This document shows, piece by piece, positions 38,001-47,192 of a stretch of DNA of 64,000 nucleotides. Position numbers and translations under genes: made by a program. Location of the stretch: the NCBI GenBank assembly GCA_020137815.1, contig CM035359.1, positions 4,836,001 through 4,900,000 on the forward strand, written 5' to 3'. A model generated the notes under the pieces. It searched no databases, had not been told where the DNA came from, and saw only the letters and a program-made list of their open reading frames with translations. How positions within the stretch are numbered: the stretch's first letter is position 1; each line of letters opens with the position of its first letter. This DNA comes from Hormiphora californensis (lineage: Eukaryota; Animalia; Ctenophora).

Positions 38001-41000
38001 GAGTATGATCTCGGTTCCTGCAATATGTACAAAGCTACGATCAAGTTGAAGGAAGGGGCTACACCTCAGTGGACCCCTCCATTCCCTTGCCCATACAAGC
38101 TTGAGGGGGAGATGCAGAAAACAATCGATGAGATGGTGAAAACGAATGTGGTGGAGATCCTTCCGCAACGGTCAGATTGGAACTCACCAACATTCCTGGT
38201 ACGAAAGAAAACACCTAAAGGGCAGCCTCAGCGTTACAGGCTTGTGTGCGACCTAAGGAACGTGAACAAGATGTGTATGCCAGCAAACTTCCCATTGGCT
38301 CATTTGGATCATGTCTTGGATAAAATCGGCCAGGACAAGATATTTTCCTCTTTTGACCTTACCCGAGGATACTGGCAGCTTCCCTATGACGAATCCTCGA
38401 AACAGATCACTGCCTTCTTGTATAAGAACACCCAGTACGCATTCTCGAAGACAGTGATGGGACATCGATCATCCGGACCATCTTTCTGCGATATGATGAA
38501 TCGTCTGCTCGGATCTCTCCCGATAGAGCAAGTTGTCCAATTTGTGGACGACCTCCTCCTATCTTCTGTCACAGCTGACCAGCACCTTGATCGGTTGGAA
38601 CGGCTTCTGTCCAGATTGTATGGTGCGAACCTCAAGATTTCACCCGACAAAAGTCAGCTGATGAGAGATGCAGTTGATTTCGTTGGAGTTCGTGTCAGCG
38701 GTGGCGGTATAAGTATCACTGAAGACCGTGTAACTGACCTCCTAGCACTCCGTGAGCCTGAATCAAAGAAAGAGGTCATGCAAGCAATGGGTGCCCTGAA
38801 CTATGTGAGAAAGTGGATTCCAGCCTACAGTTCTATCAGTAAGCCAATATTCGCTTCTATACGCGGGGGAAAGGAGTGCAAGTTCAAATGGACCAAAGAG
38901 TGTAGTGAAGCGTACGCCAAGCTGAAGCAGCTCGTCGCGGAAAGTACACAGCTTGCAATACCGAATCCCGAGGATCCCTACAGCTCCTACTGGGTCACAC
39001 TAGATGCCAGTGAGAAAGGTTTAGGCGCCTCCCTATCCCAGGAATTGGATACACCTGAAGGTGGTAGAGAACGAAGGATTGTCGCTTACTACAGCCGAGC
39101 TCTCCCCGAGTACAAGAGAGCACGGGGACAGACGAAGCTGGAGTTCGAGGCTCTGTTCGCAGCAATCCAGCACTGGACCATATATCTTTATAACGTGAAA
39201 CAGTTTGTCGTCATAACAGACTGTTTATCCTTGGTAAAAGCCGAAGGTACCCTGTTCACGAAGCCAGACAACGCGGTAACCAAGAAAGTTATGAAGTTAG
39301 CCGAGTTCAACTTCAAACTCCAGCATTTAAGTGGCCCGGAAAACAAGATTTGTGATTGGTTGTCAAGGTTCAGCCTGCCGCCAACCAAGATCGAAGCCGA
39401 AACACAAACGACACCTCAGACCCATGAAGATTTGACTAAAGTTGTCAAGGTTGTAAATCTATGTGATAGAAACAACGAAGAGATGCAACAAGATGTCATC
39501 CGAAAGATACCTGAGGATCGTCACAACTCCACAGAGTCCGAAGCAGACACAGAGTCCAACCATGAAGACTGCTCGAGTAGCAGCGTGGATACAGGAACGT
39601 ACATGTCTACTGAAGATTCCTCTGAAGACATATCTCTGTCGACAATACGAGTTAACAGTGTGAGCGAGTGCGAAGTCTTTCTCATAAAGAGCACTCAGTT
39701 TCCTGCAGCATCGTACGTCACGGAATATGAATACTTCAGTAATGAAGACAAGCCACCCACCCAATCAGATGAAGACAGCCACCCGCAACATGAGAGTATT
39801 AGCTCTGAAGAAACTCTAGGCCTTTGTAAAATACTCAACGATTTGGTGAGCTGTGAAGAAATAAGCACCTGTCCAGAAAAAGTCATGACTGAAAATAACG
39901 AAGAAGAAGAAAAAGAATGGTCATATGAGCAGGAGATTCATTGTTTATGCGCAGAGCAAGAATCTCACTTTCCGTCAGGATCCGGAAGGATCGCGTCGAT
40001 CCAGCAAAGCGGTGTACAGATCCCCGTAGTTGGAAAGACCTGGACTGATTGGGAGACTGTCCAGGAGAAAGATGACATGCTAAAGTTAGTGAGAAAATGG
40101 GTGAGTGACGGGAATAGACAAGTGGTACAAGCCAACAGGGCCCCACCTGATCTAGAGTCTTTGTGGAAACAGTACCAGCTCCTCCGGATAGAGGATGGTG
40201 TATTGCAAAGAAAATGGCTCGATCTCAAGACAAATGATTCCAAATGGCTGATTGTGGTACCTATGAAGGAGCGAGATGAGCTTATCAGACAGGCTCATGA
40301 CTTCCACACAGGTCACGCCGGAGTCAGTGCAACAGTTGATCACCTACGAAGAAACTTTTACTGGCCGGCCCAGCCCAAACAAGTCGGACTATACATCGGT
40401 CAGTGTGTAAATTGTGCCTCAAACAAACAGCGTCAACAGACCTTCCAAGCCGAGATGGCCACATTTGTGTGTCACGAGTTCAACGCCGTTATTGTAATCG
40501 ATCATATCGTTCCAGAAGCCCGTGGATCGACGATAAGAGGCAACAAGAACGTCCTAACAATTACAGACGTTTATTCAAACTTTCTAGTTGCAGTGCCTAC
40601 GAAGACCCAAACATCCGTTGAGAGCCGTGAGAAAATTCTCGCTCATTGGATCTGGAAATTTGGTTGGCCGAGAGAAATAATCTGTGATCAACATCAGAAC
40701 TTCAATGGCAAAGAATTCAAAGATTTCTTCGAAAAACTGAACGTAAAAGTTCAACCCGGCCAAGCCTATTCAGCCCGCAGTACTGGACGTGCTGAAAATA
40801 GCAACAAAAAGATTGATCGAATTCTCAGAGCGACCCTGTTCGAGTCCAACCCTAAAGATTGGGATTTGCATCTTGACCAAGTGTGTTTCAAGCTAAACAA
40901 CACCAGATCCAGAAGAACAGGCTTCACGGCACACAGGATTGTATTTGGCACAGAACCAAACATGCCTGATGCGTTACATCTTCGCCGACCCATGGATAAA

Positions 41001-44000
41001 AAGGATAAGACTCCACAGATGGGCATTCCAGCGTCCGTCTACAACCGCTACCGAGAAATCTGTAACTTGAGTTACAAAATCAGGCAGAACGTGGATGAAG
41101 ACCTAATAGCGGCCAAAAAGCAATTCAACAAGAGACTAAATGACCCGGAGCTTGCAATTGGAGATCAAGTTTTGGTAAAAATCCCGTGCCCAGTACATAA
41201 ATTTGGGCCTAGATTCAGTGGACCTTTTCCAGTGAGCCAAGTGCTCAGCCCCTACCTCTACAGAGTGAAGATGAGCGTAGGAGACAAGGTTATTGGTGTG
41301 GGAAAGTTGAAGTTATTTGCACGCAACGGCAAAACGGTAGAGTGTAAAAATTCGGAGAAACTGAAGGAAACCGAATCAAACCCACCAATGATGCCAGTTC
41401 TAGTTCAGCATGCAAATGCAGATCACCCGGATTGTAACGAAACTTCAGTTGAAATCGTGCCAACACCAGAGAAACCCGAAGCTGATCAAAAGATAGCGGA
41501 AACATCTTCTCCATCACCAGAGCAACCCGAAGATGACCATGATACAGCGGAAACATCTTCTCCAACACCAGAGCAACCCGAAGATGACCATGAGACAGCG
41601 GAAACACCTTCTCCAGACCAAACCTCTCCGCCAGTTACAGGAGGAAATGACCGGAGAATCAGGCTTCGAGCTCATGTCAAACCACCTGACCGATTCAGGG
41701 GTTAGTTGTCATGTGGTCGAATATGAAGTGTGTTCCTACTCAGTGCACGAGATTTCGCCACTCCCCAACACTGACTGCTGCTATGCCTGAACATCTTCGA
41801 CTCCACATTGAGGCTCATCTGTTCCGGAAGTTAAGATCTTCTGATCTCCCTCTACATTTAAACAGTGTTTTACACTAATAAGTTGAGAATACTCGACAAA
41901 CCGTTAAAATCCTTTTGGATTTATTTTTATAACCCCAACCAAGTTGAGTGTACTCGACAACCCATCAAATCCTCTTGGATTTCGATTTTATTTTAACAAC
42001 TAAGTTGAGTGTACTCGACAACCCGTTAAAATCCTTTTGGATTTATTTTTATAACCCCAACCAAGTTGAGTGTACTCGACAACCCATCAAATCCTCTTGG
42101 ATTTCGATTTTATTTTAACAACTAAGTTGAGTGTACTCGACAACCCGTTAAAATCCTTTTGGATTTATTTTTATAATCCCCAACCAAGTTGAGAGTTCTC
42201 GACAACAGCAACCATACAACTGACCTCTATCTGTTGATATGTTTTGATGACCCAGAAACAAACTGAAACCTGATGACAAGGGTAAATGTGCTACCTAACG
42301 ATACATGGCAGCTACCAATCTGCGATACCGGTGAACAGTTCATGTGAAGTGTGAACATGCGATATTTTGCTTCCTTGAGACATGATAAGGAGGTGAAGAG
42401 AAGCCGTGATCTATTGGTTGAGATCAATGGTTTTGTCAGGAACCAGCTGTTGCTGAAGTTTGATTACCCCCTGAGAAACTCGCTTGAGAAGAGTGAAACA
42501 GACCGGTGTCCGATCCAGATCTCATCATCAATTTTCCATCAACCTGTGCGCCATCCTTTGACATCGTGTTCCTGGGGTGGACGGTAGCGGCCAACATGGT
42601 GCAACGTGAACAGCAATGCCTCCTTTTAATTGGAACTTCAGAGACCTTTCTTCCTTACCTTCATCGTGAAATCATTGTTTAAAGCGAGAATTTCTCTGAG
42701 AAAGAGAAAACAGAAAAAGAAACAAATTGTAATATTTTATACAGTGTATTACTGACCATGAACATGTTTGTATTCACAAAATGTGAAGCTTTTAATGATC
42801 TTAATTTATTACCCGGGTATGCTATGGTCCGATTTTATTATTCTACACAGTATTTTTAATGAATTATTTTTACCGTTAACGTAACTCCTTGTAGAGTGTA
42901 TCTTGTAAGTCACGTGTACTCTTTCTCGATATTCGTTTATTTTCATCGTCCCGTGCTCATGGTACAGTTCTGGGCTATTCTGTCGAGGACACCGTGTCAC
43001 CGGCTCAAAGGAGTCGGTGGCAACGGCGCTTTTTGTCCTTGATGGAATGGTGCAGAACTGGGCCAGCCCTGTGTGTTTGTGTGTGCGTGTGTGTGAGAAT
43101 GTGTGTTTGTGTCTGTGTCCTATCGCGAAGGTGCTTGTTTTGACGCTGAGTTCTATTAAAAGCACAGCATCTTCGCGCGCGCGTGTGTGTCGCTTTGGTG
43201 ACACGCGCGCGCGTTTTCTGAGATCTGAGAGAGAAGAGCGATTGATGTTTTGAGAGTGAGTTTTCTTTTGTCGGAGCGAAGCAACTTTCAAAAGCGTGTG
43301 TTCTCTTAGTCAACTGAACTGTAACAATCCTTTACCGTTACTTTTACATTCACAAAAATAAAAGACAACGTGTTTACTTTCGCCTTTACGCTCCAGCTGA
43401 CGGGTACGCCCCATACGTGTCACGAAACCACCCCAAGAACGTCCCTTTCCAAACACCCCCGATTGCCGTCCTTACTTTACACCAGAGGTCGCGCAGCGAC
43501 CGAGATCGAGCTCGCACATAGGTGTCCGCTCCGCCCCCTAAAAAAGGGTCGTGTCTTTCAAGCCAAATTGCACGTGATCCACTGGACCGATTTGCATCCG
43601 GTTTGTCGCAAAAGACTACAAATTGGTCCTAGTTTACTGGAAAATACCCGAGAAGTTTGTCTGTCAACAGGAAGTGGGTCAAAATTGACACTGAAGTCAA
43701 ATCTATAATCTGGCTTCCGAGCCTTTTTGCACCACTCCCAGACGGTGTAGAATGAATCTGAGGGTATCAGAAGATAAGTTGAACTCTTGTGAGTACTGGA
43801 AAATACCCGGCATTAATAGCTGATGCTAATTGCATCAACATATCTCCCAAGCAATATCTTCTAAATTGCATGGGCGTAGTGCAGAAAATGTTACAAAATG
43901 TTACAAAGTGTTACATATTTTATATGGCTTAAAACCGGTCCGTACACCCGATTTTGAGCTGATATGTTGCATAAAACACCATGAAACAGTGTCTTAGGTT

Positions 44001-44846
44001 CAGCCGAATACGAATACGTAAAATTTATTTCGGTATTTTACGCTAGAAAAATTTTTTTGGTCACTTTTGTAACACTTTGTAACAATTTGTAACACTTTGT
44101 AACAATTTGTAACACTATGTAACACTATGTAACACTTTGTAACACTTTGTAACACTATGTAACACTTTGTAACACTATGTAACACTTTGTAACACTTTGT
44201 AACATGTAACGTGCACAAAAAGTTTTCTGCACATGTTACAAAGTGTTACAAAGTGTTACGTGTCACCCCCCCCCCCCCCCCCAATAGCTCCTCTCTCTGC
44301 CACTGAGCAGTAGGACACCTCCCGCAGTGGGGTGGGCATGACGTGACCAAACCTTGGCCCTTGGGAAAACTCAAATTTGTCCTTGATTGCGAATACAAAT
44401 ATAAATTTCATTACAATGTGAATGTGGTGATTGTGACATTGAATGACAAACAAAATAAAAGAACTTTATTTTGAATATATTGGTGACACTGACATTTGAC
44501 AGTGGCACTCACCTAGTGACCTATCAACTATATAGGGAATGATGTTATCCTCCCAAATCCTAAAACTCTGTTTCGCCAAGCCCCGTTTGGATCGGTGGGT
44601 AAAAACAGAGTCCACTATTCTATCTCGGACTATATCTCCTTGGAACAGTGGTCGTCCATTCACCTCTACACCTGGAGAAGAGGAGGGGGATTGGGAATGT
44701 AGTTGAGGAGGGGGATTGGGAATGTAGTTGAGGAGGGGGATTGGGAATGTAGTTGAGGAGGGGGATTGGGAATGTAGTTGAGGAGGGGGATTAGTTAGCA
44801 AGTCGAGGGGGAACTTTGTACGTCGTATGGGGCCGGAGAGATGGGG

Positions 44847-44905
<59 letters not shown>

Positions 44906-44925
44906 GAGAGAGTGTGAGAGAGAGG

Positions 44926-44980
<55 letters not shown>

Positions 44981-45010
44981 GAGAGAGAGAGAGAGAGAGC
45001 GAGAAGAGAT

Positions 45011-45072
<62 letters not shown>

Positions 45073-45591
45073 TGACAGAGACAGAGACGTCTCGGACAGA
45101 GACAGAGACATGACAGAGACAGAGACAGAGAGACAGAGACAGATCTGAGAGAGACAGAGAGCGAGAGATAGAAACATTTCCTGGAAATGATACAAGAAAT
45201 TAGAAATAGAATTATCTGAATGCTATCCTAGGCTTCTACAGTGTGTGCTTAACGGACAACCTCATAAATAATTAAGAGGTTGCCCGGTCCGTGAATCACA
45301 TACATGCTCCATTCATATGTCACATACGCAGCGGAGGCACTGCAATATATTCCATACTTTCATTCAAAGCACAAGGTCTCAAATACCATTGAAATAACAA
45401 CAAACTGCCTAAAACAATAACTCAAAAAACAACAAACAAAACAACAACTAAAAAACAACAACTCAAAATACAACAATTATGTCTATACCTTCGTTGATGC
45501 GGTGCAAGATCTGACTGTCCTCACTGGAGAGAGTCCAAGAGGTATTAAAAAGAAATCCTAGAGTGGTTAAAAAGAACCTAAACCTATACAT
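23099..45591 (-). CDS. Astacin (M12A) zinc metalloprotease with signal peptide, prodomain and C-terminal TSP1 domain, ~442 aa, 10 exons
   Basis: Exons 45591-45489, 44671-44513, 31662-31542, 30913-30810, 30482-30297, 30152-30030, 29952-29846, 29598-29475, 23595-23433, 23237-23099 join in phase (1329 nt). Motifs: [15 protein letters not shown] signal; LFQGDI; RSKR; WEDNIIPY; [19 protein letters not shown]; [12 protein letters not shown]; [17 protein letters not shown]. Confidence 0.88.
24712..25045. mobile_element. MITE with poly-G/poly-C ends (GGGGGGGTCATGACCTA...TAGGTCATGACCCCCCC)
   Basis: Inverted termini; no TSD recognised. Confidence 0.55.
25341..28988 (+). CDS. Intronless class-A GPCR with Cys-rich/LDLa ectodomain (GRL101/RXFP-like but no LRRs) and a repetitive AAPE tail
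   Basis: ATG 25341 gives signal peptide [19 protein letters not shown]. LDLa motifs ([30 protein letters not shown]); seven hydrophobic helices; TDFCCWMP; NSVLNPVLY. Confidence 0.9.
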   Translation: MTDLFYCVLCISITGVFSGDQCPIVVDGGFLVRSCGYQGTTGAGGADILMTCLNSTATYHKVFKFDKFARSSKAYVTSLCPNDSIEYQACGNHCRTSSGCELFQTPPVCGKLCYEHDMDMYRIHTTSQTCRSSQTSVGFNIRTSEGESLEIRIKEGGLCDGVCDDVELSGDRATMLLICVDESFCNGYKYGVVDKKDAEYRFLPFNNDFANVPLLQNTSTDSTSNTANNSCVSHTHEYKFPLYNASRCFIPLSVPPGQINGISTEFLRNLYGSYCNNGMDQTNCSDPDKVAGSCFIHGYLSTVSIYILCQETGTLCDDDMHKKCPTINRHCTIHKHQLCNGHNDCAMGADERKETCLKLTQRSCVRSFSQNQGLLKIPVDWVQDGVVDCLGGEDEKTNWKTCGEGIRRTIKYSTKKCSNVFLCKSNKSNFVEAAFLCSFASKCDEGVCPMAKSRPQITKKLLGTRTAIGKTLRSAVCLKGFATFRLLTGQSCQSNTFNHPFHRFFGKNFTTDLVLPNMKYDCGYLYGEAYVFYSCSGLCYNTPCPLKRPVLHFTCSNLRNTFYSLNLHLGSITVVQKSRERFHNNFFVCKNTKCIPFEKVCDLVDDCLDRSDEEECMNHFQCTDKSGFLALSQKCDGNFDCKDISDECNESCKRKAVKSNYILGIAFVMGVAGVVFAIGSLIKGFGNIQKAEKSGELINQSMVLTISFGDLLTSVYLLSLTTIHWIQGSGFCEHQIEWISGVPCTVIGVLNSIGSSISSLVMAFVSCFRLHGTVMALRYRRSSEVTMKLKIQLGVLLGGVALLSLTMSTLPLLDTFDNWFVNGLVFDKDIKLFVGVMEKSQLLKIVRGYHGSNKITQSGNTVSWNTFQEMISEMFSRDYAPVRGKKLSFYGNDPVCMFKAFVLPDDPQVVYVWFTLGIYFLCFVCVAICHGMIAVLAKRSLVQNNKRSNSLSRKVSLICLTDFCCWMPFLICCVLHTAEVTDMSPWYQIFSLNILPLNSVLNPVLYSDIFTTILVAPKAAAKAAPEAAPKATAEVAPNDATEVALEAAPEAAPETTPKAAPEAAAEVAPNDATEVALEAAPEAAPEAAPETTPKAAPEAAPEVVPKAVPKAAPEAATEATPKVAAEAAPKIAPKAAPEVVPKVVPKAVPKAAPEAATEATPKVAAEAAPKIAPKAAPEVVPKVVPITAAIVTPEAAPEVAPEAAPKAAAEAAPEV
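28385..28984 (+). repeat. 12-bp coding tandem repeat GCCGCTCCTGAA with higher-order duplications
   Basis: Encodes [12 protein letters not shown] repeats. Confidence 0.9.
29700..29851 (-). repeat. 31-bp tandem repeat x5, each containing the exon/intron junction ATGCCG|GTATGT
   Basis: ACATACCGGCAT at 29716, 29747, 29778, 29809, 29840. Confidence 0.9.
30553..30661. mobile_element. hAT-type MITE (same family as 8189-8297), 8-bp TSD ATATTAAC
   Basis: TIR and TSD read directly. Confidence 0.85.
30925..31315 (-). repeat. ~31-bp minisatellite abutting the acceptor of the astacin HExxH exon
   Basis: Minus-strand unit TTGGTAGCCCCCTCCTAATTTCACCTATTTC. Confidence 0.9.
32414..34094 (-). CDS. PDXK: Pyridoxal kinase, 6 exons, nested in astacin intron 2
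   Basis: Exons 34094-33984, 33868-33724, 33650-33520, 33457-33338, 33202-33119, 32728-32414 in phase. Motifs [54 protein letters not shown]. Confidence 0.95.
35179..36618 (+). CDS. gag: Gag with three CCHC zinc knuckles
   Basis: PPKF..YLKRFE; [15 protein letters not shown]; [42 protein letters not shown]. Confidence 0.93.
   Translation: MSRNHVSNVSLSQEPLSQWDTIDLFSIAGDQTPFDQRPLETYLADLDISRVEPERKPLTSRHAFASRIVSSSPQREQSFRIPEDKPRIPEKRMSRTLDRSRALSCRSTSSNKPNVPRNPVVVPASRPVADQRNVQPTQVDQNRYRTPPSGIKPPKFKEGNSLKSYLKRFEDYLSMATENPQDVRGILLNCLKCDATYDRIRRLKFSQEEMANPHKLLQFIRDAILNDAAIAETNRLELKDIKQDEHESVSDFAERIHRAAELAFPGESDDRVNANKIDALQDGLHDRDVAKDVCDWKKQDVAFETLVAEAERAATQNKIFKRGGADYGATVYAIRSDGRMSQNQPYQRKSWNPCKFCKKTNHTEANCRFKITCQICGQDLHEARNCPVLASTIQTDVNPMQNQQTMNFRPQTFTTGNRRQATSSVPGTREHDRANGLCYVCHQNGHLSRNCQNRGWQLNERAVGDLHNAGTHQNSGRAN
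36489..41705 (+). CDS. pol: Pol (protease, dUTPase-like segment, RT, RNase H, integrase) in the -1 frame relative to gag
   Basis: FIDTGS; [24 protein letters not shown]; TLDAS..KLEFEAL..TDC..ICDWLSR; H..GH..CVNC; IDH..CDQ..AENSN; Gypsy domain order. Confidence 0.95.
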   Translation: MLCLSSEWTPQQKLPEPRMAVKRESGRRSSQRGHTPELRPRQLIERTVTPAQKKEIEENRVTTPESVPVKCVWDSPRSDKVYPREEERDTATSLNSTQAVAGTEVAPDENDKGLSTASDVDSKELVITPKSSPRTKKTKKVFTRKREKNHSHSDVSDENHEIADSAAVMKVEGNNEDDVIPEPKTKRKKKRNKRSKAAKVKALSGEEIRKSQEIIVNGLIHGPAWCEDQTKHPVRMFIDTGSQVNLIDWTTVCKYGLVSEIRETNRKLRDFSGNRIPCRGAISLCMIVGGATINLVNFVVCEGMDTDILLGDPFCRSTGAALDYTNAELRVPNGEPVPFLPRPRSTKKILQIRWGETTTIPPHTMGYVVGSLKEDCLGDTIGLVSTDWSRKNNGLLIGDAIAEAMEGDIPMRVLNFSEEPITLRRGDKAAKFRPVPEYDPYSRVEWEDRIQFLRESEEPEVEKWTKEELFERLKVKTASRNLTKQQAQDLQDIIWEHRDCFAYDEYDLGSCNMYKATIKLKEGATPQWTPPFPCPYKLEGEMQKTIDEMVKTNVVEILPQRSDWNSPTFLVRKKTPKGQPQRYRLVCDLRNVNKMCMPANFPLAHLDHVLDKIGQDKIFSSFDLTRGYWQLPYDESSKQITAFLYKNTQYAFSKTVMGHRSSGPSFCDMMNRLLGSLPIEQVVQFVDDLLLSSVTADQHLDRLERLLSRLYGANLKISPDKSQLMRDAVDFVGVRVSGGGISITEDRVTDLLALREPESKKEVMQAMGALNYVRKWIPAYSSISKPIFASIRGGKECKFKWTKECSEAYAKLKQLVAESTQLAIPNPEDPYSSYWVTLDASEKGLGASLSQELDTPEGGRERRIVAYYSRALPEYKRARGQTKLEFEALFAAIQHWTIYLYNVKQFVVITDCLSLVKAEGTLFTKPDNAVTKKVMKLAEFNFKLQHLSGPENKICDWLSRFSLPPTKIEAETQTTPQTHEDLTKVVKVVNLCDRNNEEMQQDVIRKIPEDRHNSTESEADTESNHEDCSSSSVDTGTYMSTEDSSEDISLSTIRVNSVSECEVFLIKSTQFPAASYVTEYEYFSNEDKPPTQSDEDSHPQHESISSEETLGLCKILNDLVSCEEISTCPEKVMTENNEEEEKEWSYEQEIHCLCAEQESHFPSGSGRIASIQQSGVQIPVVGKTWTDWETVQEKDDMLKLVRKWVSDGNRQVVQANRAPPDLESLWKQYQLLRIEDGVLQRKWLDLKTNDSKWLIVVPMKERDELIRQAHDFHTGHAGVSATVDHLRRNFYWPAQPKQVGLYIGQCVNCASNKQRQQTFQAEMATFVCHEFNAVIVIDHIVPEARGSTIRGNKNVLTITDVYSNFLVAVPTKTQTSVESREKILAHWIWKFGWPREIICDQHQNFNGKEFKDFFEKLNVKVQPGQAYSARSTGRAENSNKKIDRILRATLFESNPKDWDLHLDQVCFKLNNTRSRRTGFTAHRIVFGTEPNMPDALHLRRPMDKKDKTPQMGIPASVYNRYREICNLSYKIRQNVDEDLIAAKKQFNKRLNDPELAIGDQVLVKIPCPVHKFGPRFSGPFPVSQVLSPYLYRVKMSVGDKVIGVGKLKLFARNGKTVECKNSEKLKETESNPPMMPVLVQHANADHPDCNETSVEIVPTPEKPEADQKIAETSSPSPEQPEDDHDTAETSSPTPEQPEDDHETAETPSPDQTSPPVTGGNDRRIRLRAHVKPPDRFRG
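41878..42205 (+). repeat. ~61-bp tandem repeat (alternating units) in the retroelement 3' region
   Basis: AAGTTGAGTGTACTCGACAACCC..AAATCCT.TTGGATTT x5-6. Confidence 0.9.
44680..44795 (-). repeat. 25-bp minisatellite abutting the acceptor of astacin exon 2
   Basis: Unit GAGGAGGGGGATTGGGAATGTAGTT. Confidence 0.9.
44849..45172. repeat. (GA)n / (GAGACA)n microsatellite
   Basis: Direct reading. Confidence 0.95.
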
Positions 45592-45681
45592 AATCCTAGC
45601 GTCCTATTGTGCGAGGGTAAACCTAGGCAGAGGGAGGGGTTTTAGGGTTTTACAGTTAGAGGTTATTGGGATTCTGTAGAA

Positions 45682-45986
45682 TTGAGGGAGGGTTGAGGAA
45701 GGGTTGAGGGAGGGTTGAGTGAGGGTTGAGTGAGGACTGAGGCCTGAGGGAAGGTTGAGGGAGGGCCGGGTTGAGGGAGGGTTGAGAGCTGTCTGGCGGC
45801 GCCAGACCCCAATTTGATTCTCAGTGCGCTCAGATGGGTCGCGGCGCCAGACAGGTTGAGAGAGGGGTGAGGGAGGGTTGAGGCAGGTTGAGGGAGGGTT
45901 GAGGGATGGTTGAGGGAGGGTTGAGGGAGGATTGAGGGAGGGCCTGGTTGAGGGAGGTTTGAGTGAGGACTGAGGGAGGGTTGAGT
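45682..45986. repeat. 11-bp GAGGGAGGGTT minisatellite upstream of the astacin ATG
   Basis: Direct reading; interrupted by a small hairpin repeat also seen at ~3341-3395 and ~34461-34528. Confidence 0.8.
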
Positions 45987-47060
45987 TGTTGAGTAAAAAA
46001 CAAAGAATCTGAAGAATAGAGAAGACCGAGAAGTGGAAAAGGGCTTTGGAAATGGTGGTTAATCTGGCACCATTTCCACTTGTTCCGACACACACATTTG
46101 TCAAAAGGCAACTAAACTAACTTGAGCCAGATGTCGCATTTATAAGGCAACTAAACTAGAGACAGATAATGTCAACATATATTTTAGTTTGGATGATATT
46201 GATATAGTTCATATAAATTATAAGTCGACTGTCGACTGTCGACAAAAGAACTTGTATATCACCCATATACTAAAACATATGTCATATATACGGGGAATGA
46301 TATTGACTATTAACTCAACAGAGAATGAGTATATCAACCAAACAAAAAACATGTTTGACATTCTCGTGCGTTATTACGTGACAGTGGGCACGTGGCTATG
46401 CTAGCTAAACTGATATGAACAGGTGTAGAAGGGTATAAAAACACATAAATTACTATCGTTAGATAATGAGCTTGCTATATGTAGGCGGGTAAATTCTGAC
46501 GCAAATAAAAATTAGTGCTGAGAGCACGGCCAAACCTAAAAATAAAAACACCATTTTCATAAGGTTTCTCTGCTTAAAAATGTTAAATATATTGCTTTCA
46601 GAGGTACTCCCGGTTTACTAAGATAAAATTTAAATAGATACTTCATATAACAGTAAAGACTTGCTCGACTCGTCGCGACCCTCCTAGGTTCAAAGTTTGA
46701 ACACAACAAGACGTATATCTATGTATGCTAATGGATATCTAAATATTAATATTATCGTTAGTTATAAAGTTGAACTAATGACATGATTAGCAATGCTCAT
46801 CAGTTTGGATTTTTAGTTCCCCATGATTCATGCAGGGGAAATATAAATCCAAACATGACTTCTGAAATGGCCAGGCAGATTATCACTCAAAGGGTAACCA
46901 ATAATTCGCTAAAATAGATTCCAAGTTACTGAAGCGTCGTACGAGTTTCCTAATTTTAATTAGGAAACACCTCTTGGCAACCGTTCAAGCCGGGACCAGT
47001 GTTAATAAATATTGGAATCGTAATTTAGTGTCAGGATTCGGGGAAATTGTACTTGTAGAC

Positions 47061-47192
<132 letters not shown>

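Larger units (their letters stand above)
34715..43484 (+). mobile_element. Full-length Ty3/Gypsy LTR retrotransposon, very recent
   Basis: LTRs 34715-35152 and 43048-43484 (only one homopolymer indel noticed), termini TGGTG...CACCA, 4-bp TSD GAGG, PBS-like TGGTGAGC at 35155, intact gag and pol. Confidence 0.97.
34668..44282. mobile_element. Non-autonomous DNA transposon with poly-G..GGTGACA / TGTCACC..poly-C ends and 7-bp TSD AATAGCT, split by the LTR element
   Basis: AATAGCT at 34661-34667 and 44283-44289; 10-bp AACACTTTGT array at ~44068-44260. Confidence 0.7.
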
